64,000 bases of DNA from Thalia democratica. Lineage: Eukaryota. Of the stretch, positions 62,609 through 64,000 are shown in pieces. The notes beneath the pieces are model-generated. The model searched no databases and had not been told where the DNA came from. It saw only the letters and a list, made by a program, of their open reading frames with translations. Position numbers and translations under genes: made by a program. Location: contig OZ241832.1 of assembly GCA_965202585.1 (NCBI GenBank), positions 61,380,001-61,444,000 on the forward strand, in the 5' to 3' direction. Positions within the stretch are counted from its first letter, which is position 1, and every line of letters starts with the position of its first letter.

Positions 62609-64000
62609 TTTTAATCGGTCTAGTTCTAAGATTTTGAAAAAAAAATTAAAAGAACAAACTTTGTTACAAAACAGTTTATGCAAAAATACTAATTAAAAAG
62701 AATATTTTTGTGAAGTTAAAGTTCATATTTTATCAATTCGTGAAATTAAAAAAATTATTCGACTTTTGAGTTTGATTTTTTTTCTGCATTGTAAAATTGA
62801 GAAAGTTTGCAAGAAAGTAAATTATAAAAAAGTATATAAATATAACAAAGTTTTAACATGAAGTAAAATAAATGTGTTACAGCGTAAATATACAGTTTTA
62901 TTAAATACTACTTGAACAAAAAACAAAACAGTTTACATCAATAGTTAAAACTTTTTTTAAACATTTTTAATATTTGTTTTATTATGATTTATTGACATAA
63001 ACTTTAAAAAAATTTTACTCCAAAAATACTTGACCATCTTATAAAAAAGAGTTAAGTACGTTGCTAAACTTTATACTTTTCTAAACTGATAGTTTTTTAA
63101 TGGTTTTCTGTTTAGAGGTTTTTTACAGTAAGTATAACATATTTCAAACGAAATGACCATAACTTATTTGCTGAAGTCTTTTAAATCTTAATAAATCTAG
63201 AAAGAACTAAATTCAATAAGCTTTAAAACTCAATGGTCTAAAAATTAATCAACTTTGATATATATAAAAAAAACTCAATAATTAATATTACTGCTATAAA
63301 CAACATTTTATGCTTTATTTAATAATAAAAAAGCATCAGTTAAAAAAAACTTAAAAGTTATCCAACACAAAAATAACCCTGTAAGCAAATCTAAAAAAAT
63401 AACTCAAATTCAACTTTTGTAATAGCAAGTAAAGTAGAATCAATATTCTTGATACAATATGAGTCTTATTACTGCAATTTGTCATAAAATGACATAAAAG
63501 GCAGAGTTTTAACAATAGTAATTAATCAGAGACTCTTTAAAAACTACACTTTTTTTCTTGTGATTTGTATAACTAATATATTTTGGACAAATCTCAAATA
63601 AAAACTGACGATAAAGGAAATTCATTCATTATTAAAAACTTTCCAACAGCTAATTCAAACTTTTGTTTTTGAAAGAAGCTTTTCTTATTCTGACTTTAAA
63701 CTGTTTTTCCAACTTATATATAAATTATTTATACCTTTTTGTTTTGCAAAAGATTAAATTTGATTTAATTTCAATCCAAATGTTTATTTCCAACCTTTGT
63801 TTAAGACGTAAGATTAAAATATTTATGTTGGGATGAATTTAATAATAGTTTTTATGATTAGAATTCATTCAATAATCAAAAATTAAAATAATCTAATTGA
63901 AAAAAGACGTCAGTATACTATAGAAAAAAAAACTTGAAAGTAAACAAAAACACATTTACTAAAATATTACTCAATATATTAAATAAATTGAATTTAAGCA

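Overview
Very AT-rich animal genomic DNA (roughly a quarter GC by eye; species not determinable) with spliceosomal introns. Three minus-strand genes could be reconstructed exon by exon with consistent phases. (1) CTDP1/FCP1 RNA polymerase II CTD phosphatase: 17 exons, 28786 to 10389, about 722 aa. (2) A short protein with a single BPI/LBP (TULIP) N-terminal-type domain: 44294 to 40955, 5' end unresolved. (3) An FLVCR-family MFS transporter: 13 exons, 62608 to 46720, about 543 aa. The window also holds a broken RING-finger fragment, several MITEs and short TSD-flanked retroposon-like inserts. The most striking feature is that much intron sequence consists of tandem 'echoes' of the neighbouring exon/splice-site junction. 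At least 14 of the 35 reconstructed exons carry such echoes. The extreme case is a 2.1 kb array of about 41-42 copies of a 50-bp unit equal to the last 32 nt of FCP1 exon 16 plus its splice donor. Several echoes differ from the living exon mostly at third codon positions, which neutral decay would not predict. About two thirds of the 5' splice sites are GTT rather than GTR. All counts were made by hand and need computational confirmation.
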